NCBI GenBank assembly: GCA_951406725.2
Contig: OX597824.1
Span: forward strand, 43,834,001 to 43,898,000
Source: Octopus vulgaris
Taxonomy: Eukaryota
Direction of reading: 5' to 3'
DNA: 64,000 nt
Below, piece after piece: positions 12,631 to 25,194 of this stretch (position 1 is the stretch's first letter; every line of letters starts with the position of its first letter). The notes below the pieces were generated by a model, which was given only the letters and a program-made list of their open reading frames with translations, had not been told where the DNA came from and made no database searches. The translations under genes were made by a program, and so were the position numbers.

Positions 12631-13610
12631 GTAAGACTTCAGAATATAATTTTTCTCTCCTAAAAGTTCATTATTATTATAATCATTGTCAACAGTTTAG
12701 TGACTGTGTGTTGACACAAGTAGGACATGATAATGTCATACTACTTGTAAGTAATATTCATATAATATATAGACTGTTTTGGATATCACTGAAGTATCAT
12801 CCTTCTCCTAGAGATGCACCACTGTATGATACCTATCACTGCTATTCTTAGTTCTATGTATCAACTTATATAGATATGGTTATTGATATATTACATTTGT
12901 ATTGAGTAATCCCAATCAACCATGCACTAGCAAACTTGAAAAATGTCTTGAGTTTCTACTGATCTTCCAAGTAGAGAGCAGTATGGACTTGTAAAAATGC
13001 TAATTAAATTATCCAAGCATGCCTACTGGACAAAAACAATTGTAGAAAACATTTTTCTTTTTATGTAATGAAAATGTTTTCCTAACCATAGAGTATATGC
13101 TATATTTATTTCAAAGCATTTTTCCTCTGAGATTTTCTAATTCAATTTTTTTTTTTTAATAAAACTCATTTTAGTGTGCCTTTCTGTTTCAATATTTATA
13201 TTGGTACCAAAATTTTTAGAAAAGAAATGGACCAAAATGGTAAAAAAAAAATACCTTAATATTTCTTTGCTGCTACATGTTTCCTTATGTGGTTTATCTA
13301 GGCATATGCAAACACAAGAGACATAAGAAGTGATAAAAGCTGATCTCAGGATGCTGAATATCACAAAGGAAATAAAATGTGTCCACAACATAAGTGGTGT
13401 GACATATATAAAAGTACAATCAGCACACATACAAAAATATGAATGCAAGCTTAAGATGATTACATTATTGAAATTAAAACCAAAGAGATGAGTTAGTTTG
13501 TTCAGGGAAGGGTGTGGTAGATGATGATATTGATTATGAAAATGATAAATATGCTTATATCAGATTCTTTAAGTATTTCTTTTTCTAACATATTGATTTT
13601 ATAATTTCAG

Positions 13611-13883
13611 GTGGTAGTAAATGCTTTAATAAAAGCTGTACCATCTATCTTCAATGTGCTGTTAGTATGCCTCGTCTTTTGGCTAATCTTTAGCATCATG
13701 GGCGTACAACTCTTCAACGGCAGGTTCCATAAGTGTTTGTATATTCACAACAAGAGCAAAGTGCCAGCAGAAGAAGTCAACAATCGAACACAATGCGAGG
13801 AAAATAAAAATATTTACGAATGGAAAAACTCACCTATTAACTTTGACAATGTATTCAACGGCTATTTAGCTTTATTTCAAGTG
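13611..13883 (+). CDS. Nav1: Nav1 exon (DIII S4-S5 linker, S5, extracellular loop, P1 helix); GC donor
   Basis: cag|GTG...CAA GTG|gcaagt, 273 nt. Encodes [20 protein letters not shown]...[15 protein letters not shown]. The conserved QV-ATFKGW junction requires the GC donor at 13884. Confidence 0.93.
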
Positions 13884-13919
13884 GCAAGTATTATTTTTAT
13901 TCTCTTTCTTTCTACATCT

Positions 13920-13936
13920 GTGTGTATGTGTCATGT

Positions 13937-13990
<54 letters not shown>

Positions 13991-13992
13991 GC
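13920..13992 (+). repeat. (TG)n tract just downstream of the GC donor
   Basis: Imperfect then pure TG repeat starting ~36 nt into the intron. Confidence 0.9.
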
Positions 13993-14063
13993 GTTAAAAT
14001 CTGAACCTTAATCAATATGAAATAAGTAAAGAGAATTCAATACAGGTTAAAGCAATTATCTTA

Positions 14064-15002
14064 TTAAATACAGTTTATGAGATGGATATACATTGCTTCA
14101 TTTCTTTCTAGCCTTTGCAAGTCTTCTGCCTTCAAGGCCCATATCTTAGTACTATGCAGCATCACAGTCCTCACACAAACATCATACAATCTACCCTTCA
14201 CTCTGAAAGAGAAAACCCTTGTTGCTAATAGCCGCAGTAGCCCTCTGAACAAAGAAGAATTAGATGTAGTGTACAACAGAAAAGAGTGCATATTCTTAAT
14301 AGCTTATGATGTTATGAGGGATAACTGTGGCATAAGGAAATACTGAGTACTTGTTAATGGAACCTGTGGAAGAGAAAAACCAAGGAAGACTTGGGATGAA
14401 ATAGTGAAGATTGATCTGAAGATGCTGTATCTCTCAGAAGAGAAGACAAAGGATTGTATTGATAGTTTATATGCAGTGCTACAGAAGACCCAACCATCTT
14501 CAATAAATTTCTGATTAGAGGCTGAGATGCTTTGTACTCTACCAAGCATGCTCTTTACATTTTACATTCCCCTGTCACCTTACATATTTTAAAGCATTTG
14601 AACCCCACTATCACCCTATTGCTTACTTTCCTCTCACTTCACTTTTATTCCTCAACTAAGCCTATGTATTAGAGACTGCATTAAATCATTCTCATGTTTC
14701 TTTAACTCCTTGTCTCTAGGACATCTCCTTTACTTTACTCTTTATGCTTCTTTACTTTTCATGCTTCTCTGTTACTAGCCATCACATTTCTTACTCATAC
14801 ACACTCAGAGTTATTTTTATTGCCACCCATCTCTTTATCTTATTTCATCACCTATTCTAACCTTTGTCCATCTCTGTTGTTACTAATCCTTCCCTAACTG
14901 ACTTCACTTTAAATGACTTTGCTATTTATATCATACTACTGTTCCTTTCTTCACCCAAACATCTTGATCCTTCTTATGTCATTGCTCTCTCTCTCTCTCT
15001 CA

Positions 15003-15071
<69 letters not shown>

Positions 15072-15640
15072 AATACCCTCCTTGGTCACCTGAACAAATG
15101 TACATACGCTAAGTTATTGAGTACTTTTAGTACTTATACACTTGCTTCCATACTTCTGGCCTTACTGCTTGCATCATTCCCCTACTCCCCATTTCCCCTC
15201 CTTAGTTTTTAGCTCTCTTATTCTCTCTACTTTGACCTGTATACAGAGCATCACTCCTCCTGTACTGGTGTCACAACAGAAAGCAAATAACTCACACTCC
15301 ATCAAAGTGACAAATGAATAAGGCAATCTCTTTAGTGCTGTTACAACAATATGCACTCTATATACATTGTAAAGTAGTTGGTAAATGAGCAAAAAATGTG
15401 TCTGCTTCTAAGGTCCCTTTACTCATCCTGTCTAGTGTCGGTGTCACAGAAAAATGCCCCCAGGGCACTCTGTAAAGTGATTAGCAATAGGTAAGGCATT
15501 CAGTCATACAAACCAAGTCAAATGACTTGGTCAAGCATCAGTATATGGAAGTAACAGCTTCCAATAAGAAATGACTTGGACTGTGATGACCTATCCAATT
15601 CATGCCAGCATAGAAAGCAAGGATGAAATTAATGATGATG
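14064..15640. mobile_element. Rearranged RTE LINE 3' remnant
   Basis: 14064-14291 (-) encodes RVKGRLYDVCVRTVMLH...RLERNE. ~14355-14480 (+) encodes GTCGREKPRKTWDEIVKIDLK. A CT-rich tail and the terminal repeat seen at 3835 and 63800 follow. Confidence 0.65.
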
Positions 15641-15679
15641 TTGACCACAAAACATCTGAAAATTTTTGTTTGTCATTTG

Positions 15680-16589
15680 TATTGAGTCATCCCATAAATA
15701 ATGTGATCTTTTTATACTTCTTTTATTTTTCAAAATTAAGATAAACAATCTAAAATATATTCTCCTTCATTTTCTACAATGCCCTTCCATCTATATGGTA
15801 GGCTTGCAAGGCCCTCTTCCAAAATTCACTTGTCCATAATAAAAAATATTCCTCTAGTAATGTTCTGACCTTGTCTACAGAATTCATATTTTTTCCATTC
15901 AAATGATTTTGAAGACTGTGATATAAATGATAATCAGATGGGGCAATGTCCAGCAAATATGATGGGTGGGGCATCATTTCCATTCAAACTGCTCCAGCCT
16001 TTGGAATGTCATCCTTGCTGTATGTGACAGAGCATTAGCCCAATGGAAGAATACCTTTCGTCTTGAAACCAAAGATGGTAATTTTTCTTCTAGCACTGAC
16101 TTGAATGACTGGTTGAATGACCACATCTGAGCTTCTCTATTAATTACTCAACACTTACAATGGGATTTTGTTCCACTAGGGTTTGCAGAACATCCTCATC
16201 AAGCTCTACATATCTTCCAGGAAGGCTCGTCTTCTAGGCTGTAGTTTCCAGCTCAGAATTTCTGAAACCACTCTTGACACTGGCTTATGTTTATTGTCCG
16301 ATCTCCATATACTGTATTAATATTCCTCGCACTTTCTGTTGCATTGTTGCCTTTATTGAACTCATAAAGCAAAATATGCCAAATATGCTCCTTCGTCACT
16401 TCCATTATAGCTTTGAAAAAATAACTGTTAAAATCGAACTGCACTCTTCAAAACTTGCACTAAGAATAAGGACAAAGTAAAATTACTGCTTGCTTCTATA
16501 ACATGTTTATGCAGGTAGTTTATCCTGTCCCCCTCTGACTTTTAGTTCATGCAATTGAAAAAACACATTATTTATAGGATGACCTCATA
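15680..16589 (-). mobile_element. Internally deleted mariner transposon
   Basis: TIRs tattgagtcatcccataaataatgtg and cacattatttataggatgacctcata. Encodes MEVTKEHIWHILLYEF...CQEWFQKF and HPSYLLDIAPSDYHLY. Confidence 0.88.
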
Positions 16590-17053
16590 CTTTATCTAAC
16601 ACAAGACATTATATATTGTGGGTGTCCATTATTTCCATTAATAAAAAACTGAAATGTAAAAGTATTTCAGAAACTTTAGACCTTCCTAAATTCTCCTTCT
16701 GCAATTTCTGTCAATGATTTTTGAAGCACCATGACTGAATTAACTGAAAAAACTGTGTGATGAATTAATGCTTACCTTTTGAAAATACCAACATAAAAGA
16801 TGAAAGTATTTTAGAATAAAGTTTCCTTTATTCAATCCCAGCACAATGATGTGTATATATAGGCAAAACATCTAAAACCTGCTAGAAAATAAAATATACT
16901 GAGCAAAATGTGCTATAGTTAAAACAAACTGAAAATAAAATCACATGCTTTTACTTAAGAAAAATAAAATGGTTCAAAATTATTTGTTCTTATTTTCTCT
17001 TTAATATTTTTCTTATTTTATTAAATATTTCTTTATTTTATTTTCAATTGCAG

Positions 17054-17107
17054 GCTACGTTTAAAGGTTGGATAGATATAATGGCAGATGCCACAGATAT
17101 TAGAGAA
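17054..17107 (+). CDS. Nav1: Nav1 exon (DIII selectivity filter K)
   Basis: cag|GCT...GAA|gtaagt, 54 nt. Encodes ATFKGWIDIMADATDIRE. Confidence 0.97.
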
Positions 17108-18290
17108 GTAAGTAAACATGTTATTGCTGTTGAATGTTGTAGGTAGAAAATGTAAGTGGAAAAGAATACATTAGCCAATTTAATCCCTAATATATAAAAA
17201 AGACGTGATGGTCATGATTGGAACACCTTTAATCAGAAGGTGTGCTCACTCAAAGTTGACATGGCAATAAAGAATAACAGCAATCATGACTACTGAGTTC
17301 TGAGGTAAAAGATGGTTTAGGAACATAAAAAGAAAATCAGAGTTACCTAACCTTGTTAGATTTTCAATTATATTTTCACAAATTTCATCTATGTATACTA
17401 ATCCACATCTCAGGGATTAAAATGTTGTTGCAACCATTATATTGTGCTGCTATTTTATGTAATCTAAAAAAAACATAGGTTTCACTGTTATTTCTTGGTT
17501 AAATATTTGGTTCTTGGAAAAGCATTTTATCTTAAAAATATACAGACATTTTTAGCATTGAAAAGATCAATGGAAATGTTTTAAAATGAAACTATTTCTA
17601 CAATATTTTATTTTGAAAGATACTACTTACTAGTGCTTTTAATCTTCTGATTTCTACTATCATTGTTGTGCTCATAGTTGTCCTACAGAGTAATCAATTC
17701 ATGGATTTTATTGAAGCAGTGGAGGTGAAAGCATAAATTGAATGAGTCTTATGCCAAATTCATGTCATGTTGACAGATTGGTCCTTCACAGTGTTTGTAG
17801 AACCAATGTTATTGGATCAGGATGATTAACACTCAGATATTATATATTCTAAGTAATCCTTTTTGAAATATAAATTAAATAGACCATTGGACTCAGTATT
17901 CTTTCATACATAAACTATATTGTTTCTGTGCTACTTTCTACTTCATCTCTAGATCTTATACAGAGTACTAAGTCCATCATAAAGAAACTTTTATAACTGG
18001 GCTGTTCAACCTTTCTGCATATATTCTATTCCTTGATACCTTATAAACCTATCTTTTACCTCTATAGATCTGGTAAGTTGTGGTTATTGTGTTAGGTGGG
18101 CAATGCCTACAGATGTCAATGAATTATTAAAGTTGCTTTTCCACTTGTATTTCCTATTTATAATAGTAGTATGTTAAATATTAGGAAAAGAAATCCCAAA
18201 ATAGAAAAATAATGGTATGACACTCACTCACACACAGACACACACATACTCTCTCTCTCTCACTCTTTCTGTCTGTCTCTGTCTCTCTCT

Positions 18291-18357
<67 letters not shown>

Positions 18358-18512
18358 AAATATATACAAGCACATGCATAATACATATATTTACAATACT
18401 ATTTCAACTATCCTAGTTGCATAGCATTGTAATCAAATATTTTAGTTGAATATTTAATTTAGAATGCTGTACCTAGTTGGAAAAAGATCTGATTCAACAA
18501 ACAATATATATG

Positions 18513-19340
18513 TATTAGAGGTACCAAAAAGTAATGTCACATTTCAAGTAATGAGTTCAAATTAGCATCAATCATATAATAAAAATATTTATTCATTGAA
18601 AACATAATTGCCTTCATTAACAATAACATTTTCCCACCTCAAAACCAAAATAAATCAGGTTCTTTAGAAGTGAAAAATGTTTGGAGTGCCATTTCAATGA
18701 CATCCCTGCTTCTATATGTTTTTCCACTGGTAAATGTTCAAGTGGCTTAAATAGGTGAAAATCTGATAGTGCTAGGTTTTGGTGAGTAGGTGGGGTGAGG
18801 TAAAGTTTCCCAGACTATCTTTTCTTAGATCATCTTCACTGAATACGGCTTTGCATTATCATGTTGCAAGAAGAGATAAACCCTTACCCTTCTGTAAACA
18901 CTTTTCCGTTTTGCTTGAGATGACCTTGCACAGTGGTCTATAGTTTATTAAGACTCTGGTATAATCCCCTACTATGACACAGATCCTCTTCAGTTACTGT
19001 TTTATTGAATCATTATTGAGAAAAGTTGGTCTTCCTCATCAATACACATCCAAAAGATTAAAATCACTGCTTTTGAATTTGTTAAACCACTTTTGGCATT
19101 TCCAAACACTCACACCATCAGGATATATAATGCATATGTTTTCCTTTGCATGTGTTGCATTGCTGCTCTTATAAAATTCATAAAGTATGCAATGCTGAAT
19201 AAGCAGTTCACTAAACTCCTTGTTTTCCATGGGCTATAAAGCATATACATACACAGCATATGTCCACATTAACATTTTCTCATTAACTCTATGTTGATTG
19301 GTTGATTGCAATGATACCTACTTTTGGCTTGTAACTATTC
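18513..19340 (-). mobile_element. Degraded mariner remnant
   Basis: ORF 19039-19230 (IQHCILYEF...KCQKWFNKFKSSDFNL) is a mariner HTH. The ends have only weak TIR similarity, so boundaries are approximate. Confidence 0.7.
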
Positions 19341-19406
19341 ATCGTGTGATGTCAGACTATTTGCTTGAAAATACATGATGGTACACTTGATTTATATAAT
19401 ATATAC

Positions 19407-19443
<37 letters not shown>

Positions 19444-19448
<5 letters not shown>

Positions 19449-19514
19449 TGTTCTATAAAGAACTATGTTACTACATAGGAAACGTAGTAACCTAATTCTT
19501 TATAGAACAGCCAT
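19444..19514. other. 71-nt near-perfect inverted repeat (tiny MITE or pre-miRNA-like hairpin)
   Basis: atggctgttctataaagaactatgttactacat-aggaa-acgtagtaacctaattctttatagaacagccat: a 33 bp stem with 3 mismatches. Confidence 0.8.
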
Positions 19515-19623
19515 GTTATTGTGGCAAAAAAAGACATTAGCATCTTGTATTGTTACTACTTGCATCTTGTTTAGAGATTTTAGAACTAGCTATTTTGCTC
19601 CATATACATATATATAGAGAGAG

Positions 19624-19688
<65 letters not shown>

Positions 19689-19795
19689 TATATATATATA
19701 TATATCCATATCACCCCTATAGCATTTTACCTGATCTTATGATTAATCAAACTAAATTATACCCTTAAGAAAGATTTTCTTTTTTTCTTTTGTAG

Positions 19796-19933
19796 CTTGA
19801 AGAGCAGCCGATTAAAGAATACAGTATTTACATGTACCTATACTTCGTGTTATTTATCATTTTTGGATCATTCTTCACGTTGAACCTTTTCATTGGTGTC
19901 ATCATTGATAACTTTAATCAACAAAAAAAGAAG
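19796..19933 (+). CDS. Nav1: Nav1 exon (DIII S6)
   Basis: tag|CTT...AAG|gtaata, 138 nt. Encodes [46 protein letters not shown]. Confidence 0.97.
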
Positions 19934-20038
19934 GTAATATTCAAACTATAATGAAAGTCCTTTCTTTGTTCAAGAAAATTTTGAAAGATACCAAAGCATA
20001 TCTGAACATATTAACTTTTCCTTTTTTTTTGTACTCAG

Positions 20039-20146
20039 GCCGGTGGATCTTTGGAAATGTTTATGACAGACGACCAGAAAAAATATTACAAAGCCATGAA
20101 GAACCTCCAATCTAAAAAACCCACGAAGGGTATACCACTTCCTAAG
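20039..20146 (+). CDS. Nav1: Nav1 exon (DIII-DIV linker, inactivation gate MFMT)
   Basis: cag|GCC...AAG|gtaatg, 108 nt. Encodes [36 protein letters not shown]. Confidence 0.97.
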
Positions 20147-20346
20147 GTAATGAATCAAAATTGTACATTTTCAAAAAAATTACCAATCTGTTCAGCACCT
20201 TATGGTTCTAAGCTCATATCTTGCCAAGGATGGCTATTTATTACCACTCTACTGCAGCTTTTGTACTTTTTAGTTCATATGACAGAAATTAGATAGCACC
20301 TTATTGCTCTTGTTCCCTTAATAAGATTCATTCCATTAAGTTTATG

Positions 20347-20470
20347 TTGGCCTAGTGGTTAGGGTGTTGCACTCATGATTGCCATTCTTGGACTGGGTGG
20401 CATGTTGTGTTCTTGAGCAAAACACTTCATACTGCTTCAGTGCTGTGTGAGGATCAGCATATCAAAGAAT
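20347..20470 (+). mobile_element. Degraded tRNA-derived SINE head
   Basis: A-box-like start tggcctagtggttagggtg. The segment tgtgttcttgagcaaaacact resembles the SINE at 4031-4345. Confidence 0.55.
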
Positions 20471-20661
20471 ACACCCAACATTTCCTCTGTGTAAAAGGTG
20501 ACTATAAGGGGTAAGGTAGGATTTGCACTTCAACCTTGTAAAACCTTCACCAATGATTACCCAAACAGATACATGGGTTGGAGGGTTGTTGCCTGAGTGG
20601 TGCAAAGGTCTCATTTGTGGATTCAGTGACACACCATTACAGTACATGTTCACATACTACC

Positions 20662-20689
20662 ACTGCTGCTGCTGCTGCTACTGCTGCTG

Positions 20690-20729
<40 letters not shown>
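20662..20729. repeat. (CTG)n(CTA)n compound trinucleotide repeat
   Basis: Seen directly in the sequence. Confidence 0.9.
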
Positions 20730-20732
<3 letters not shown>

Positions 20733-21565
20733 ACAAGAAATTCACTTTAGGCTACCTTTATATCTTCTACAACTTCCATGTTCTTGTATTGATTGTCATT
20801 ATGTTTGAAATAAGATTCTAGAATTAGTCACCTGAAATACATGTCAGTCTTCAACATGTTTTCCTCCATTGGTATTATGTGATATTATGAACTAGTAATC
20901 AGTTTTTTTTTTTGCTTTTATTGATTGTGACAATTAATGAGGAACTGTAACTCTGTATATGCTCCATCCTTTTACGAATAAAGTATTTTATCTTATATGA
21001 TTTAAATGATCAGTTACTATTAAGTATCTGATTATCTTTACTTATACTTGATTAATCTAACAAGAACTATTTATCAGCAACAATAGCTATGGGAGTTAAA
21101 TTAGATAGGCTACTTACAAAGTAGTCTGTCAAATAAAATGGACATAGCATTTCATTGACAAGTATCATAGATTAAATGTCCCTTAACCAAATTAATGTAA
21201 TATTTACCCATCTATGATGGGAAGTATGTTGGACATATTGACCTTGCAAGCATAAATTTCTAAATCTAAATCTAAATTTTCTTTTTGAGGGTTAGACTTT
21301 GATATATCCATACTTGCTTGCATTTGCAACAACAAATAATAAACATAAAATGCTAAAGATATGAAGCCTCACTGTTACAGGAGAAGTAATATGGAAAGTT
21401 TGAATATTTATTGCTTTCCAAAATAAAATAGGGACATAAGTGTTTCCAGGTTAGAATCAGAACCAGTTTGCGAACTTGATTTACATACACTTTGAGAATT
21501 GAGTCAAAAGAACCAAGTAGTTGCTGCTATCCCCAGCAGTTAATGATAATAAGGATACTCTAAAG

Positions 21566-21896
21566 CAGTGGTTCTCAAAGTGGGCAGTATTGACCCCTGG
21601 GGACGGTGGAAAGTTCTGAGGAGGCATTGAAGAAAAGTAAGGCAATTATGGGGTAGTGATTTATGTAAAAATTATGGGGTAGTGATTTATGTAAAAATTG
21701 TGGTGATAATGGGGTGGCAATTCATGTAAAAACAACAAAATAATGGGTTCATTTGGTTAAGTTTTATTTGTAAAATACAGTTGCTTTGAATTTGCTTCAG
21801 AAAGAGGTCTTTGTGATGGTTTGTTGGGGTGGGGTCACTAGGAATGTGGCCTGAGTGTCAAGGTGGCAGCAGCCTAAAATAGTTTAGGAACCACTG
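21566..21896. mobile_element. hAT (Charlie-like) MITE
   Basis: TIRs CAGTGGTTCTCAAA and TTTAGGAACCACTG. Perfect 8-bp TSD ctctaaag at 21558-21565 and 21897-21904. Internal 26-bp tandem duplication. Confidence 0.92.
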
Positions 21897-21913
21897 CTCT
21901 AAAGGATCTAGAT

Positions 21914-22057
21914 CAGGCATAGGTTATCTTTATCAAGAAGTGGGATACATGAGACATGACTCATCATCGGGAAGGCTGCTTTACTAAAATTTTGAGGGAA
22001 TCTTTTGTTAGGTGTGTCATGCAGAAAGTCTCATGGGCTGCAGGTTGCCCATGACTA
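21914..22057. mobile_element. Second hAT MITE
   Basis: Degenerate TIRs caggcataggttatct and aggttgcccatgacta. 8-bp TSD atctagat / atccagat. Confidence 0.7.
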
Positions 22058-22267
22058 ATCCAGATCAACCTCCTTTTCTATTTTCAGCTTCTGTTTTACT
22101 GTCCAAGATAATGAAATTCATATTATTTCTTTAGATTACTTGTGAAAAATATAAAAGTAGCTAGGATTTTACTTATCATCCTTCAACTTCTTTACTGTAA
22201 AATCTCCATCTTGTTAATTTTCAGCTCAAAAGATAATTTCTAAATCTGCCACATATTATTTTACTTG

Positions 22268-22301
<34 letters not shown>

Positions 22302-22327
22302 CACATATCATTTTACTTGCTTTTATA

Positions 22328-22384
<57 letters not shown>

Positions 22385-22423
22385 TTTATTATAAAACTAT
22401 TTTTTATTTTTCTTCTTTTGCAG

Positions 22424-22694
22424 TTCAAAGTAGCTGAATGGATGTTCCATATGACAACAAGTCAAAAATTTGATATCGCCATTATGATGATCATTCTGCT
22501 CAATATGATCACCATGGCCATGGAACATTATGATATGAGCCAAACATTTCAGGACTTCCTGAAATACATAAATATAGTTTTTATTGGAATTTTTACAGGC
22601 GAATGTGTTATGAAGCTTATGGGTCTTCGTTTTTATTACTTTAAAGAACCTTGGAATATATTTGATTTTGTAGTTGTAGTCCTTTCTATTTTGG
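22424..22694 (+). CDS. Nav1: Nav1 exon (DIV S1-S3)
   Basis: cag|TTC...TTG G|gtaagt, 271 nt, phase 1 end. Encodes FKVAEWMF...YYFKEPWNIFDFVVVVLSIL. Confidence 0.97.
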
Positions 22695-25194
22695 GTAAGT
22701 TGGGTTTTATTTCCATTATAGTTTTATTTATTTCTTTATGGCTGGATGTCCAGTCTTTCACTGTTGTTTAATTACTACTTTGAAACTTATTTCATATTAT
22801 TCTACAGAATAAGAATCATTATGGCTATCATATGTAGATATTGAGCTATAGAAAACAAGACTGCAAATTCATACATTTTTACCCCTTGTCAAGAAATATT
22901 TCTATTTGTCTTTACTACCTCAATGAAAATATTTGCTACTCCAATTTCATACTAGGAATGGTATCAAGCTGGCATAGCTATATAACTAAAGTTTTTTGAA
23001 AAAGATTATAGTGCAAAACACAAGATTGAATAATTAGGATGGTAAGTTTTAAAAAATGTTAGCTGTAATACAATCAGTGTTTTTGGTATATAACTTGGTA
23101 GATGAAGTAGATGTTTTTTCATAAAACACTGTTCTTCATGATGTTGCAATATAACAGAGTTTATAATCTAATGAAAGAGGAACCCCTGTAAAAAAGGATT
23201 CCTATTTGCTGATAAAAAATATTTGTTTTCACAAAATTCACATGATAAAGTGATGTATTCTTAATTATCATTACCAGTAGAAGTAATTATTATAGTTCAT
23301 TTGTGTGTATGTAACTGGGAGAGCATGGTGAGGAAGCTTACAGATATAGCTTCTCTTAATTCAAATTGGAGATTTGAAAAAGAAAATGTATTATTCATGA
23401 GGCAACTTTGCATTTACCTATTTGGAGGCAATGGTGAAACTGTACCTTTAAAAAACTTTTGAGTATATCTAAAAATCACATATTTGATGTACATTTTGAT
23501 GAACTTCTCAAATACATCATCTAAAGTATACTATTGAAATAGTTTATAATGATTGCACTCTACAAACAAAAGTATTAATGAAATGTTTCCCATGCAACAT
23601 ATTAGCAAATATTGCTATAAGAAATATGCAAACTGATTTCTGCCTCATGGTATTCCATATGTATTAAATGTTGGTTTGTTCATTACTAGATTCTTCTTGT
23701 TCAGATGAATTAAGAAATAACACAAAGAGTGTACAAGATTGCATTAAAAACATTGGGAAGACTTCATTTAGACATGAAATAGCTATGATAATCTATATCT
23801 TAAGAATCCTAACCATTGACAGTTACATGACACTCTTTCTACTGCAATCAGTCCTTCAAAGCCAAACATTATGTATAAGAAAATGAAAAATGACATATAA
23901 ATTGTGGTGGATTAAATATTCAGTTCACTGTTTGATTAATTACTAACAAGCTTATTTGAGTAAAGTTTACTAGGATTTTTCATCAATAAGAACTGAATCT
24001 GCTCGATCAAAAGCATTTCTTTTTTTGTAATGAGTTATATCTTAATGAACAAGTTGTGTACAGTTTGCTGTTCAGAACGATATTAAAAGTGTTGTATTTA
24101 CAGGATGTGCAGCATTCCTTCTTTTTCTAGGTATCACAGTAACATGACAGTTCCCCCCATCCCCCAATGATGGTGTTGTGTACAAGAAAAAGTACTTCAA
24201 ATTAAAAAGATCAACAACATTCCAAGCTGTTGTGGCATTTGCAGGCATACAGCAACAGTAATATATCAAATTGATGATTTATGTTAATGTTTACTTAACT
24301 GTTATGTTGGCTAACAGTTATGTTTACTACAGGCAATGGCTTATACTAATTCTAAATAGTGAATAAGATATGTATAGAAAAATGCTAACTTATGGTCACT
24401 AACTTCCTAAAGAGGATGTCAATTCAAAACTCCGTATTTTAAGCTTGGATAACATAATGCACTCATTTCAAACATATAGCATAACATACCAGCTTCTGTA
24501 GCCATACTAATACTACAGAATATTACATCAGTGAACTAGATCAACACGCATACAATAGTATATCCAGGTAATACATCCTATATATCACTGAGGAAACACA
24601 AGTATGGTAATTCAATAACTAATTGCAGTAATATAGCAGATGACAAAAATATGGCAACTAATCTGTAAAACTTTCATAGATTAACTAACAAAACATTAAC
24701 TATCAAAGCAACTTATTAATCAATCATAATATAATCACTAATTGCAGTAATATATCCAATAACATCTGGGTGCTTCATTACATCAATGATTTTCATTGTT
24801 GCCAATGTTTGTGTTTAGTTATCAAAATTATTTTTGCTATTAGTATAAACTTATTGAATTGTTTCAATTATCATAAATAAAATTTTCCCTAAACTGTATT
24901 TTGATGAACAAAATTTTTGGCTTAAATAAACATCCAATCAAGTTCTTAAGTTAAATAAAAGCTTTTCAGTGAAGTAAGTGCTTTTGCACAGGGGAAAGTT
25001 AATATGACCTATAGATTTTGATTATTATGTATAAAATCAAAATATTTGACTATATGTATATAATAGGTGTTTGGTTATTTATAGCCCCTTACTTTAAATA
25101 TACATAATCCTTCCTTTATACAAATCCCATTTCTCCCTCTCTGCTACTTCACCTACCCTATCTCTCCTTACCTTTCTCCATCTCTCTCTTTATA

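Noticed and set aside
8389-13610. A mutually exclusive duplicate of the 123-nt DIII S3-S4 exon (as in insect para k/l or SCN8A 18A/N)
   Set aside because: I saw no second RxLRxLRPLR-like exon in either flanking intron. The ORF at 8675-8983 has no channel similarity.
19761-19770. CCCTTAAG as a relic U12 branch point
   Set aside because: The donor is a U2-consensus GTAAGT, a normal pyrimidine tract is present, and the match is only 6/8.
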